Shown: piece by piece, positions 37,584 through 47,756 of the stretch | Position numbering within the stretch: the stretch's first letter is position 1 | Layout of the letters: the number at the start of each line of letters is the position of its first letter | Virus record (IMG/VR): IMGVR_UViG_3300021425_003554 | From: a virus | Lineage: Duplodnaviria; Caudoviricetes | Strand: one strand, 5' to 3' | DNA: 64,000 bases | Made by a program: the position numbers and the translations under genes | Notes under the pieces: model-generated | The model's input: only the letters and a program-made list of their open reading frames with translations | Told to the model about the DNA's origin: nothing | Database searches by the model: none

Positions 37584-37943
37584 ATGAGATTCCGAGAATT
37601 TCAAGATCCCAAAACACAAGAATTGCAATCCGCAGTCATGAATACGTTGACCAACCTTAGAGGTTCAGCCGACGATGTTGATCAAACTTCGGAAATCAGT
37701 TTTGATGCCTTGGAGCAGATATTGAAAAACACAGGATATCCCATGTTCAACTATAATCTTTTCAAGTCCATGTACGACAGTTCCGATGTTTTAAAAAGTG
37801 TTGTTGATGATTTTGATCAAGAAAAAGTCATATTGAAAACTGAGAAACAAGCCGAAAAAGATCCAGAAATGGATTTTGACGACCAAGGGTCCACGGATAA
37901 AGTTAAGCAGATGGCCAAGTCTGCTATGAAACACAGACAATAA
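37584..37943 (+). CDS. late hypothetical protein (MRFREF)
   Basis: capsid-targeting-like N-terminus. Confidence 0.65.
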   Translation: MRFREFQDPKTQELQSAVMNTLTNLRGSADDVDQTSEISFDALEQILKNTGYPMFNYNLFKSMYDSSDVLKSVVDDFDQEKVILKTEKQAEKDPEMDFDDQGSTDKVKQMAKSAMKHRQ

Positions 37944-37999
37944 TTCATAATCAGAATTTTATTGTAATATAATCTAATATACTATATAATTTTTACTGT

Positions 38000-38704
38000 A
38001 TGAAAATACCAACAGAAACATTCAAAAGCAAAGGTATAGAATATATTCAACGTTTTGAATATAACGAACTCAGTCGAGCATCTCGTAACGGTAAACGTCA
38101 TTACGAAACACCCGACGGAAGACAGGTGCCATCGGTCACAACTGTACTGAGCGCCACAAAGGATATGACACACCTACACGCCTGGCGTAAAAGGATTGGT
38201 GTGGAGAAGGCACAGCAGATCACGACAGAGAGTGCCAACATAGGAACAGTGATGCACCGTAGCCTAGAGAAGCACGTGAAAGGTGAAGATCGAACTCCAG
38301 GGTCTAATCTCATACAGCAGAAGGCACATGCCATGGCCAATATAATAATTGACAATGGGTTGAACAATGTTTCGGAGGTTTGGGGATCTGAGGTTTCGCT
38401 TTATTATCCCGAGCTATATGCAGGTACCACAGATCTTGTGGGAGTGTACAAAGGAGCACCTGCCATAATGGATTTCAAACAAGCACGTAAATTGAAAAAG
38501 AAAGAATGGGTGGAAGATTACTATCTTCAATTAGTGGCTTATGCAGAAGCACACAACAAACTATTTGACACTGATATAAAAACAGGACGTATTTTTATCT
38601 GCACACAAAACAACGAGTATCAAACCTTTGAAATTGACGATTATGATAAATGGTCTGACCAATGGTATCGTCGACTAGAGCAATATTATAAGTCTATCCT
38701 TTAG
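38000..38704 (+). CDS. PD-(D/E)XK exonuclease (Cas4/MGME1-like)
   Basis: PSVTTVL, GTVMH, EVSL..YAGTTDL..MDFK, YLQLVAYA. Confidence 0.9.
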   Translation: MKIPTETFKSKGIEYIQRFEYNELSRASRNGKRHYETPDGRQVPSVTTVLSATKDMTHLHAWRKRIGVEKAQQITTESANIGTVMHRSLEKHVKGEDRTPGSNLIQQKAHAMANIIIDNGLNNVSEVWGSEVSLYYPELYAGTTDLVGVYKGAPAIMDFKQARKLKKKEWVEDYYLQLVAYAEAHNKLFDTDIKTGRIFICTQNNEYQTFEIDDYDKWSDQWYRRLEQYYKSIL

Positions 38705-38737
38705 CATAAATACTGTAAATTTTAAGGAGAAAATACA

Positions 38738-40348
38738 GTGCCAATAGTGCAAATTTCAAGAATCCAACACCGTAGGGGTAAAGCGACCGACTTGCCACAA
38801 CTTGCCGCGGGAGAACTGGGTTGGGTGATTGATGAACAAAAACTCTACATAGGTAATGGCACAGTGGCCGATGGTGCACCGGCTGTGGGCAACACAGAAA
38901 TCATCACAGAAAATTCCACAGGATTTGCTTCTGCTTTACAATATATCTACAAGGGTTATAGACAAGATGACACAATATTAACTGGTGCAAATGTCAATTC
39001 TCCAACAACAAGATCTCTACAGGCAAGACTCGACGATATTGTTTCTATAAAAAGTTTTGGAGCAATAGGAAACGGTAATGATTCAATTGCTACCACCAAC
39101 ACACAGGCTATTCAAAGAGCCCTAGACGAAATTTACTCCGACATAGTGGATCAAGGTGATGCTCAAAGCAGAAGAATAATTCTTTTTCCTGCAGGCATTT
39201 ACAAAATAAATTCAACATTAAAGATTCCACCTTATGCCCAATTGGTGGGAGAAGGTAACGGCAAGACAATTATTCATAACATAGGTACAGGTTCAATAGC
39301 ACAAACAGTCGATCAAGATGGCGTAGGATTTGGAAGCATGACTGGATCAGCAACAACACCTAAAAATATTTCCGTAGAAGGAATCACTTTTAAAACAGGT
39401 ACATCTTATGGTGGGATATCTATAGACTGTGCAGAAAATGTTTCGTTTTATGATTGTGGATTTGAAGGTGCATACACTTTAGGTGCTGGTGATGTTGTTC
39501 CTTCGATAGATTCTTCTGTCGGCAAAGGGATCACGATTAGATCCACAACCGCACTGACTTCATCAAACATAACATTTGACAAATGTACTTTCACAAAATT
39601 TGCTAGATTGGTACAATTGGATCATGATGTTGTATCTGTGAAATTTATCAATTCAGATTTTACACTGGCTAGGTTTGGAGCGGTAATAGGTACGCTGGGA
39701 GATGGATCGTCGTCAGGACAAACAACTGGTCCAAAAAATATTCAGTTTTTATCTAATCAATTTAAACAAATTCATGAGAGTGCTGTAAAAGTTTCTAACT
39801 CCCCAGGAGAAGTTAAAAATGTGGTAACTTTCAATAACTTTTTTGATCGAACAGTTGGTTTGGCCAATTCCGGAGGTGTTGATAACATAACGACATACCC
39901 GATCGTGCAGTTTGACGCAGATGAATGTTCTTCTGTACTTGACTATTTTGACATCAGCGGTAGAAGAAGTAACACACTGGTTCCTCTAGATGAAGTGCAA
40001 GGAATTTGCAATGTGACCAGTCCTGTTAGAGTTGCAACTCTGCAAAACAATCAGTCATTGGCATCAACAGGAATAATGATCCCGGCGGCCGAAAACAAAA
40101 AGATCACAATTGAATACAAAATTGAAAGAGGTTCTAATCATAGAGTTGGAAAATTAATCATCAACGCATATACCACTGGCGTTTCCTACAGTGACGAATT
40201 TGAAGAAAACAGTGATGTGCAGGTTGATTTGATACCTTCGTGGGATGATCTAGATTCTTCAGGATCAAGCGATTCTGTGGTAATTAGATATAACACCGAC
40301 AACAGTGTTGCCGGCACATTAAACTATCAAGTCACAGTTGGTGTTTAA
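38738..40348 (+). CDS. virion structural protein: Mtd-N-like head plus beta-helix (tail/baseplate-associated)
   Basis: RIQHRRG..LPQLAAGELGW..LYIGNG; VSIKSFGAIGNG..AIQRAL..FPAGIY pectate-lyase-like start. Confidence 0.75.
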   Translation: MPIVQISRIQHRRGKATDLPQLAAGELGWVIDEQKLYIGNGTVADGAPAVGNTEIITENSTGFASALQYIYKGYRQDDTILTGANVNSPTTRSLQARLDDIVSIKSFGAIGNGNDSIATTNTQAIQRALDEIYSDIVDQGDAQSRRIILFPAGIYKINSTLKIPPYAQLVGEGNGKTIIHNIGTGSIAQTVDQDGVGFGSMTGSATTPKNISVEGITFKTGTSYGGISIDCAENVSFYDCGFEGAYTLGAGDVVPSIDSSVGKGITIRSTTALTSSNITFDKCTFTKFARLVQLDHDVVSVKFINSDFTLARFGAVIGTLGDGSSSGQTTGPKNIQFLSNQFKQIHESAVKVSNSPGEVKNVVTFNNFFDRTVGLANSGGVDNITTYPIVQFDADECSSVLDYFDISGRRSNTLVPLDEVQGICNVTSPVRVATLQNNQSLASTGIMIPAAENKKITIEYKIERGSNHRVGKLIINAYTTGVSYSDEFEENSDVQVDLIPSWDDLDSSGSSDSVVIRYNTDNSVAGTLNYQVTVGV

Positions 40349-40473
40349 TTATTTTTTTCCAAAATAATATAATAATATCACAAGTTGTGTGTGTGATTTA
40401 CACATTTTGTCATAGACTTGTCATTATTTTTTTATTATAATAGTCTATAATAAACAAAAATAAAAATAAAATT

Positions 40474-42906
40474 ATGACAGCAAACATTTCAGTACAAGAA
40501 CAAAAAACTCTGATAAATACCCATACAAAAAAAACAAAATCCAATTTGAATAATACTGTAATGACCAATACTAATACCTCCGCCATCAATGTTGCAAAAA
40601 GAGATGGCAGGTTGGAGCCATTGGACATCAATAAAATTCATTTTGTTGTTGAAGAAGCCTGTGAAGATTTGTCTGGGGTATCAGCATCACAGATAGAAAT
40701 CAATGCCAACTTGCAATTTTATGACGGAATGTCGACAAAGGACATTCAAAATGTTCTTGTGCGTTCGGCCAATGACCTGACCACTCTGGAAAATCCCAAT
40801 TATCAATATGCCGCGGCAAGGTTACTGCTTTATGATGTGAGAAAAGAAGCACACGGTCAATATGAATATATGCCACTCTTGAAATTAATTTTGAGAAATA
40901 TCAGATTGGGTGTGTATGACAAAGGCATCGTTGAAAAATACAATAAAACCGAATTAAAAAAATTTAACACTTGGATAAGAAGAGACAGAGATCTAAATTT
41001 TGCCTATGCTGGTTTAAGACAAGTAGTAGATAAGTATCTTGTACAAGACAGATCGTCGGGCGAGTTGTACGAAACTCCACAAGATATGTACATGATGATC
41101 TCAGCAACACTGTTTGCCGATTATCCAAAAAACAAAAGGATGAGCTATGTTAAAAAATATTATGACGCAATTTCTCAATTCAAAATTAATATCCCAACTC
41201 CGGTCATGGCCGGTGTACGTACGCCTATCAGACAGTTTGCAAGTTGTGTTCTCGTTGACAGCGACGACACTCTTCCTAGCATTTTTAGTACTGACATGGC
41301 TATTGGTCTTTACGTGGCTCGTCGTGCAGGAATTGGTATTAATGCTGGTAGAATTCGTGGTATCAATTCTAAGATACGTGGTGGTGAAGTTCAACACACT
41401 GGTGTCGTCCCGTTCCTCAAAAAATTCGAAAGCACAGTAAGGTGTTGCACACAGAACGGTGTGCGAGGTGGTTCAGCAACTGTACACTTCCCAATATGGC
41501 ACCAAGAAATCGAAGACATATTAGTTCTGAAAAACAACAAAGGCACAGAAGACAACAGGGTTAGAAAATTAGATTATTCAATCCAGTTATCTAAACTGTT
41601 TTACGAAAGATTCATTAACGACGAAGAAATAACTTTGTTCTCTCCACACGAAGTTCCGGGACTGTATGATGCGTTCGGCACAGACAAGTTTGATGATTTA
41701 TATGTAAAATATGAAAAAGATAAAAATGTTCCTAAAAAAACTATTTCAGCACAAGAACTATTTTTTGATCTATTGAAAGAAAGAGCAGAGACAGGACGTA
41801 TCTACATAATGAACATAGATCATTGTAATTCACATTCGTCCTTCAAAGATAAAGTTAGTATGTCAAACCTTTGCCAAGAAATAACATTGCCAACAACACC
41901 CATACAACACATCGACGACGACAAAGGTGAGATTGCTTTATGTATTCTTTCTGCAATCAATGTGGGTGCCCTCAATAATTTAGAAGAGTTAGAAAACTTA
42001 TGTGACCTGGCTGTGAGAGCCTTGGAAGAAATTATAGAATATCAAGAGTATCCTGTCAAAGCGGCAGAGACCAGCACAAAGAAAAGAAGAAGTTTGGGTG
42101 TTGGCTATATTGGGTTGGCACATTATCTAGCCAAACTAGGTTTTAATTATTCACAACCAGAAGCATGGGACTCAGTGGATAGACTATCTGAAGCATTTCA
42201 ATTCAATCTACTTAAAGCATCCAACAAACTGGCAGAAGAACGTGGTGCCTGCGAAGGTTTCTCTCAAACAAAATATGCAGACGGAATACTGCCTATAGAC
42301 ACATACAAAAAAGATATAGATAAAATTGTGCCACACAAACAAAGATATGCGTGGGAGTCACTGAGAAAAGACATTATAAAATACGGACTAAGACATTCAA
42401 CATTGTCAGCACAGATGCCATCGGAAAGTTCTTCAGTTGTTAGCAACGAAACCAACGGCATTGAACCACCGAGAGCATTGTTATCCATTAAGAAAAGCAA
42501 GAAAGGTCCACTCAAACAGATTGTGCCAGGATTTCCTAAATTGAAAAATGCCTACACTCTGTTGTGGGATATGCCATCAAATGAAGGTTACATCAATGTT
42601 GTGGCAATGATGCAGAAATATTTTGACCAAGCCATATCGGGCAACTGGAGTTACAATCCACTCAACTATGAAAATAACGAAGTACCGTTGTCAGTAATGG
42701 CTTCGGATTTATTAAATTCATACAAATACGGTTGGAAAACTTCTTACTATCAAAACACTTATGATTTCAAAGGTGACGAAGAAGATGTACAACCATCGGG
42801 TATAGAAACCACAGAGACCGCAGAAGGCGAAGACGTACAACTAACCGATCTTGGAGTAAATGAGAACAGTGAGGACGAAGAAGCCTGTGACGCCTGTGCA
42901 ATATAA
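40474..42906 (+). CDS. nrdA: class Ia ribonucleotide reductase alpha subunit with ATP cone (alternative start 40561)
   Basis: VAKRDG ATP cone, FASCVL, SNLCQEI, C-terminal CDAC; no intron/intein seen. Confidence 0.98.
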   Translation: MTANISVQEQKTLINTHTKKTKSNLNNTVMTNTNTSAINVAKRDGRLEPLDINKIHFVVEEACEDLSGVSASQIEINANLQFYDGMSTKDIQNVLVRSANDLTTLENPNYQYAAARLLLYDVRKEAHGQYEYMPLLKLILRNIRLGVYDKGIVEKYNKTELKKFNTWIRRDRDLNFAYAGLRQVVDKYLVQDRSSGELYETPQDMYMMISATLFADYPKNKRMSYVKKYYDAISQFKINIPTPVMAGVRTPIRQFASCVLVDSDDTLPSIFSTDMAIGLYVARRAGIGINAGRIRGINSKIRGGEVQHTGVVPFLKKFESTVRCCTQNGVRGGSATVHFPIWHQEIEDILVLKNNKGTEDNRVRKLDYSIQLSKLFYERFINDEEITLFSPHEVPGLYDAFGTDKFDDLYVKYEKDKNVPKKTISAQELFFDLLKERAETGRIYIMNIDHCNSHSSFKDKVSMSNLCQEITLPTTPIQHIDDDKGEIALCILSAINVGALNNLEELENLCDLAVRALEEIIEYQEYPVKAAETSTKKRRSLGVGYIGLAHYLAKLGFNYSQPEAWDSVDRLSEAFQFNLLKASNKLAEERGACEGFSQTKYADGILPIDTYKKDIDKIVPHKQRYAWESLRKDIIKYGLRHSTLSAQMPSESSSVVSNETNGIEPPRALLSIKKSKKGPLKQIVPGFPKLKNAYTLLWDMPSNEGYINVVAMMQKYFDQAISGNWSYNPLNYENNEVPLSVMASDLLNSYKYGWKTSYYQNTYDFKGDEEDVQPSGIETTETAEGEDVQLTDLGVNENSEDEEACDACAI

Positions 42907-42914
42907 ATAACCCA

Positions 42915-44015
42915 ATGACGAAGACAGTATTCAATAAACAAAAAATAGATTTCACAAAACAACCCATGTTCTTTGGTGAGGACGGTGGCGTACAGAGGTA
43001 CGACGATTTCAAATATCCACAGTTTGATAAACTGAACCAAACCATGATTGGTTACTTCTGGAGACCAGAAGAAGTTTCATTACAAAAAGACAGAGCAGAC
43101 TATCAAGGATTCAGGCCAGAACAAAAACACATATTCACCAGCAATCTAAAATATCAAACACTGTTGGATTCAGTGCAGGGCAGAGGACCAAGTCTTATGT
43201 TCCTACCATATGTTTCTAATCCGGAACTGGAAGGCTGTATTGTGACTTGGGATTTCTTCGAAACCATACACTCAAGATCATACACACACATCATGAAGAA
43301 TGTGTATTCGGATCCATCAGAAGTGTTTGACACAATATTAGATGACAAGGAAATATTAAAAAGAGCAGAAAGTGTAACAGGCGAGTATGACAAGTTCGGA
43401 GCAATGGCCATGGATTATGCTGTGGGCAAAAAAGTGGACATGATTGAACTTAAGAAACAACTATATCTGGCAATGATGACCGTGAACTTGCTGGAGGGTT
43501 TGAGATTTTATATTTCATTTGCTTGTACCTTTGCATTTGGTGAATTGAAATTGATGGAGGGATCGGCCAAGATCCTCTCACTGATCGCTAGAGACGAAGC
43601 CACACACTTGAACCTTTCAACACATGTGATCAAAGCATGGCAAAAAGGTGATGATCCTGAAATGACCAAAGCAATGAAAGGCACAGAAAAAACTGTGCTC
43701 CAGATGTTCAAAGACTGTGTGGAAGAAGAAAAAGCCTGGGCGAAATATCTATTCAGAGACGGGTCGATTATTGGATTGAACGAAAGATTATTAGGATCTT
43801 ATGTTGAGTGGACAGCAAACAAGCGATTGAGAGCATTGGGCTTTGATCCAATTTACGATATATCAGCATCACAAAATCCTTTACCTTGGACACAGCATTG
43901 GTTGTCATCAAAAGGTATGCAGGTGGCTCCACAGGAGACAGAAGTAGAGTCTTACATTGTGGGTGGCATCAAGCAAGACGTCAAGAAAGACTCATTCAAA
44001 AAGTTTTCATTATAA
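42915..44015 (+). CDS. nrdB: class Ia ribonucleotide reductase beta subunit
   Basis: FWRPEEV, LDSVQGR, ETIHSRSY, EGLRFY, RDEATH, APQETE. Confidence 0.98.
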   Translation: MTKTVFNKQKIDFTKQPMFFGEDGGVQRYDDFKYPQFDKLNQTMIGYFWRPEEVSLQKDRADYQGFRPEQKHIFTSNLKYQTLLDSVQGRGPSLMFLPYVSNPELEGCIVTWDFFETIHSRSYTHIMKNVYSDPSEVFDTILDDKEILKRAESVTGEYDKFGAMAMDYAVGKKVDMIELKKQLYLAMMTVNLLEGLRFYISFACTFAFGELKLMEGSAKILSLIARDEATHLNLSTHVIKAWQKGDDPEMTKAMKGTEKTVLQMFKDCVEEEKAWAKYLFRDGSIIGLNERLLGSYVEWTANKRLRALGFDPIYDISASQNPLPWTQHWLSSKGMQVAPQETEVESYIVGGIKQDVKKDSFKKFSL

Positions 44016-44057
44016 ATCAATATTGACTTTTAAATTATTTCGTGTTACCATAAGAAC

Positions 44058-44459
44058 ATGATACTAGAAAAAATAAAAGAATTTGGTAATGATCTAAAAA
44101 TGTTAGAAGGTCACGATCGTCTACAATATCTTGTTGACAAAGCAAAAGAAGTAGAGCCGTTACCAGACGCCGTTAAAACAGAAGAAAACAGAATACACGG
44201 TTGTGCCAGTAAGTTGTGGATAGTAGGCGGTGCAGATGCAGAAAATAAAATGCAATACAGAGTTGATGGTGATGCCTTTATTACTAAAGGAACTGCTAAA
44301 GTTGTCACGGACATAGTAAACGGAGCTCATCGTAGCGAAGTTGCAAACTTGACAGTAGAAAATTTTACAGAACTAGGAATCAAAGAATTGTTAACACTTC
44401 AAAGACAAAACGGATTGGGCGAATTAATTTTAAGAATTATAAGGATCGCCAATGCATAG
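44058..44459 (+). CDS. sufE: SufE-family sulfur acceptor
   Basis: RIHGCASKLW, DGDAFITKG, LQRQNG. Confidence 0.9.
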   Translation: MILEKIKEFGNDLKMLEGHDRLQYLVDKAKEVEPLPDAVKTEENRIHGCASKLWIVGGADAENKMQYRVDGDAFITKGTAKVVTDIVNGAHRSEVANLTVENFTELGIKELLTLQRQNGLGELILRIIRIANA

Positions 44460-44850
44460 CACACCCCCAGGCTGGATCCCTCAAGACAATGCATCAGTGG
44501 ATCCTAGCCTACACGCAACACTTGAAGATATAAAAGAAGACACAGAAGTTCATCAAGAATTTATAGATATAGTAAAAGAAAAATTAAAAACTGTGTATGA
44601 TCCAGAGATAACTGTGGATATCTACACACTGGGATTGATCTACGATGTAAAAATTACCAGTGACAGATATGTGTTTGTGTTAATGAGTCTGACCTCGGCA
44701 TTCTGTCCTGCCGCTGATTCCATGCCCAGAGAGATACAACAAAAGATTGAGAGCATACCCGGATTGAGATGCAAAGTGAGGATCACAATGACTCCACAAT
44801 GGAGCAGAGAAATGATAGAACCCGGAATGAGAGATCTTTTAGGTCTATGA
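44452..44850 (+). CDS. SufT/DUF59 (MIP18-like) Fe-S assembly protein
   Basis: LKTVYDPEI..IYTLGLIY..LTSAFCP..PQWS. Confidence 0.9.
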   Translation: MHSTPPGWIPQDNASVDPSLHATLEDIKEDTEVHQEFIDIVKEKLKTVYDPEITVDIYTLGLIYDVKITSDRYVFVLMSLTSAFCPAADSMPREIQQKIESIPGLRCKVRITMTPQWSREMIEPGMRDLLGL

Positions 44851-45020
44851 AGTTTGCAAAATTAGATCAGATAAAACAATTACGTGAGTCAGGACCTCGC
44901 AAGAAAGACAAGGAGTTCTGGGAAATAGGTCGCAAGGACATCAACAGTTCTAACTACAACATATGGTTGTGCTGGATTGATACAGTGATACAATGGTTGG
45001 AAAAAAGAAAACAATCTTAA
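44847..45020 (+). CDS. 57-aa hypothetical protein
   Basis: ATGA-coupled. Confidence 0.55.
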   Translation: MKFAKLDQIKQLRESGPRKKDKEFWEIGRKDINSSNYNIWLCWIDTVIQWLEKRKQS

Positions 45021-45058
45021 CAAAAGTTTAATATATCTGTAACAAAACTTTAAGGTTT
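45015..45058 (+). promoter_or_regulatory. Pho-box-like array of four 11-bp units
   Basis: TCTTAACAAAA/GTTTAATATAT/CTGTAACAAAA/CTTTAAGGTTT upstream of pstS. Confidence 0.6.
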
Positions 45059-45124
45059 CTGTGTTTAAATAATAGCGTTTTATAACCAATGAAAACATTA
45101 AAACAAATCAAACAAAGGAAATAA

Positions 45125-46081
45125 ATGAAAAAACTAATACAAATTCTTTGTGCGGTAGTTTTATTTTCATCACTGGCCCAAGCGGCAGAACAATCAATCA
45201 AAGTTGTTGGCTCGTCAACAGTTTACCCTTTCACCACTGTGGTGGCAGAGAGATTCGGTAAGGACAGCAAACACGGAACTCCGATTGTTGAGTCGACTGG
45301 CACAGGTGGTGGAATGAAATTATTCTGTGCAGGGATAGGACCAAACTCTCCCTCTGTAACAAACGCCTCGAGGGCTATCAAAGACCAAGAGATCGAATTG
45401 TGTAAGAAGAACGGAGTATCATTCGTAGAATTCAAAGTGGGTAATGATGGTATCGCTTTCGCTAATTCTGTGAAAGGACCAAAAGTGAACTTAACCAAAG
45501 AGCAACTGTGGCAGGCCATGGCGGACCTAGGGACGAGACCCAAGTTGTGGTCAGACATAGACCCCAGCCTACCAAGTTATGAGATCAAGATCATGACACC
45601 TCCCGCGACGAGCGGAACCAGAGACGCATGGGTCGATCTCGTGATGAACAAAGGTTGTCCGAAAGAGATCAAGGACAAGGACAAGGAATCCTGTAGCATC
45701 CTGAGGGAGGACGGTGCGGTGATCGAGGTGGGTGAGAATGACACACTGTTGATCAACAAACTGACCGCGGACAGAGAGATGTTCGCCATCTTTGGATTCT
45801 CATACCTGGACTCCAGCAGGGACAAGATCCAAGCGGCACAGATCGAGGGCAAGACCATCAGCCTAGAATCAATCCAGAGCTATGAGTATCCGATCGCGAG
45901 ACCACTGTTCGTGTACTTCAAGAAAGAGCACTTCGACCTAGTGCCCGGCCTGGAGGGGTTCATGAAGGCCTACATCAGCACCAAAGCGATGGGCAAGAGG
46001 GGTTACCTCTCAAACCTTGGACTGGTGCCACTGGACGAGGCAACCTTCGAGGAGATGGTAAAGAGAACCAAACTCAAATAG
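45125..46081 (+). CDS. pstS: phosphate ABC transporter substrate-binding protein
   Basis: signal peptide; VGSSTVYP, STGTGGGMKLFC, SGTRD, YPIARPLF. Confidence 0.95.
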   Translation: MKKLIQILCAVVLFSSLAQAAEQSIKVVGSSTVYPFTTVVAERFGKDSKHGTPIVESTGTGGGMKLFCAGIGPNSPSVTNASRAIKDQEIELCKKNGVSFVEFKVGNDGIAFANSVKGPKVNLTKEQLWQAMADLGTRPKLWSDIDPSLPSYEIKIMTPPATSGTRDAWVDLVMNKGCPKEIKDKDKESCSILREDGAVIEVGENDTLLINKLTADREMFAIFGFSYLDSSRDKIQAAQIEGKTISLESIQSYEYPIARPLFVYFKKEHFDLVPGLEGFMKAYISTKAMGKRGYLSNLGLVPLDEATFEEMVKRTKLK

Positions 46082-46119
46082 TAGACATTGTTCATAATAC
46101 CCAGTATAATATACAACAT

Positions 46120-46917
46120 ATGAAACTGGGTATTATCGGACATGGGTTTGTAGGATCAGCAGTGGATCATGGATTCACGCATAATATTGATAAATTGATA
46201 GTTGATCCAAAACACAACAACAATTCAATACAAGATTTAATTAATTTCAAGCCAGACGCAACCTTTGTTTGTGTTCCCACTCCACAGTCGGTTACAGGGG
46301 AATGTGATGTTTCTATTCTTTTCGATGTCATGAAACAATTAAACAACTACACACAATTTGTAATATTAAAAAGCACAGTGCCATCTTACATGATAGAAAA
46401 AATAATAAAACAATTTTCAAATATAAGATTAGTATATAATCCAGAATTTCTCACTGAAAAAAATTATATAAATGATTTTTGTAATCCATCTATGCATATT
46501 TTTGGCGGAGAACATGAGAGCACAGATTGGGTTGAAAACTTATATAAGAATCATTCAATCTGTAAACCTTGTCCTGTTTTTAAAACAGATATAATAACAG
46601 CGTCCATGATCAAATATTGTATCAATAGTTTTTTGGCAACCAAAGTTACTTTCATGAACGAGATGTATGATGTATTAAAATCTGCCGGTGGTGCTGATTG
46701 GGAAACTTTTGCAAAAATTATCGCAACAGATCCTCGTATTGGAGCAACACATCTTAAAGTACCAGGCAATGACGGACAAAGAGGATATGCGGGATCCTGT
46801 TTTCCAAAAGATACTTCGGCTTTGGCTTACTTTGCTCGAGAAATACTAAAGACACCATTCACTCAATTGGAAAAAACAATAGATATCAATAATAATTTAA
46901 GAAGGGAAAAACAATAA
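46120..46917 (+). CDS. short UDP-glucose 6-dehydrogenase-family protein
   Basis: GHGFVG, CVPTP, LKSTV, YNPEFL, KYCINSF, GYAGSCFPKD. Confidence 0.88.
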   Translation: MKLGIIGHGFVGSAVDHGFTHNIDKLIVDPKHNNNSIQDLINFKPDATFVCVPTPQSVTGECDVSILFDVMKQLNNYTQFVILKSTVPSYMIEKIIKQFSNIRLVYNPEFLTEKNYINDFCNPSMHIFGGEHESTDWVENLYKNHSICKPCPVFKTDIITASMIKYCINSFLATKVTFMNEMYDVLKSAGGADWETFAKIIATDPRIGATHLKVPGNDGQRGYAGSCFPKDTSALAYFAREILKTPFTQLEKTIDINNNLRREKQ

Positions 46918-47723
46918 TGAATATAGACTCAATGCTAGGCAACGATAAAAAATTATTTGCTGTGTTAGGACCTTGCCAAATAGAATCAGAGAGCCATGCA
47001 TTTAGAATGTGTGAATCCATTAAAAGTATTTGTGACAAAAATAACTGGAACTTTATATATAAATCATCTTTTGATAAGGCCAATCGTACTTCTCTACAAG
47101 GTAAGAGAGGTGTGGGACTTGAAGAAGGACTAAAGATATTTGAAAAATTAAAAAAAGAATTTGATGTGTCTGTGGTAACAGACATACACACGGCCGAGCA
47201 GTGTGGTCCTGTCGCAGAAGTTGTAGATATGTTACAGATACCTGCGTTCCTTTCCAGACAGACTGATCTGTTATTAGCGGCTGGCAGAACAAACAAATGG
47301 ATCAACCTTAAGAAAGGACAATTCATGGCACCATGGGACATCAAGCATTCGGCAGAAAAAATAGCATCCACGGGTAACAATAAAATAATGTTATGTGAAC
47401 GTGGAGTGTCTTTTGGATACAACACACTGGTCACTGATATGCGATCTTTATACGAAATGAAGAAGACAGGATACCCTGTGTGTCTAGATGCCACACACTC
47501 TTGTCAACAACCGGGAGGACAAGGAACAACATCCGGAGGAAATAGAGAACACATTCCGGTGATCGCACAGGCAGGTGTTGCCGTTGGTGTTGCTTCGATC
47601 TTCATGGAAGTTCATGACAATCCTGATCAGGCATATTCAGATGGTCCCAATAACTTAAATTTGAAAGATCTAGAACCGTTGTTACGTAAATTACACGACA
47701 TCGACTCTATCATTAAACATTAA
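46917..47723 (+). CDS. kdsA: KDO-8-phosphate synthase
   Basis: GPCQIES, KSSFDKANRTS, QIPAFLSRQTD, KKGQF, DATHS, EVHD. Confidence 0.97.
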   Translation: MNIDSMLGNDKKLFAVLGPCQIESESHAFRMCESIKSICDKNNWNFIYKSSFDKANRTSLQGKRGVGLEEGLKIFEKLKKEFDVSVVTDIHTAEQCGPVAEVVDMLQIPAFLSRQTDLLLAAGRTNKWINLKKGQFMAPWDIKHSAEKIASTGNNKIMLCERGVSFGYNTLVTDMRSLYEMKKTGYPVCLDATHSCQQPGGQGTTSGGNREHIPVIAQAGVAVGVASIFMEVHDNPDQAYSDGPNNLNLKDLEPLLRKLHDIDSIIKH

Positions 47724-47756
47724 AAACGCACATATTTCACAGCCATAAATATTGGT

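Noticed and set aside
40340-40560. NrdR box upstream of phage nrdA
   Set aside because: CACAAGTTGTG and similar words do not fit the CwAtATaTwG core.
40474-44015. Introns, inteins or homing endonucleases in nrdAB
   Set aside because: Both ORFs are uninterrupted and of standard size.
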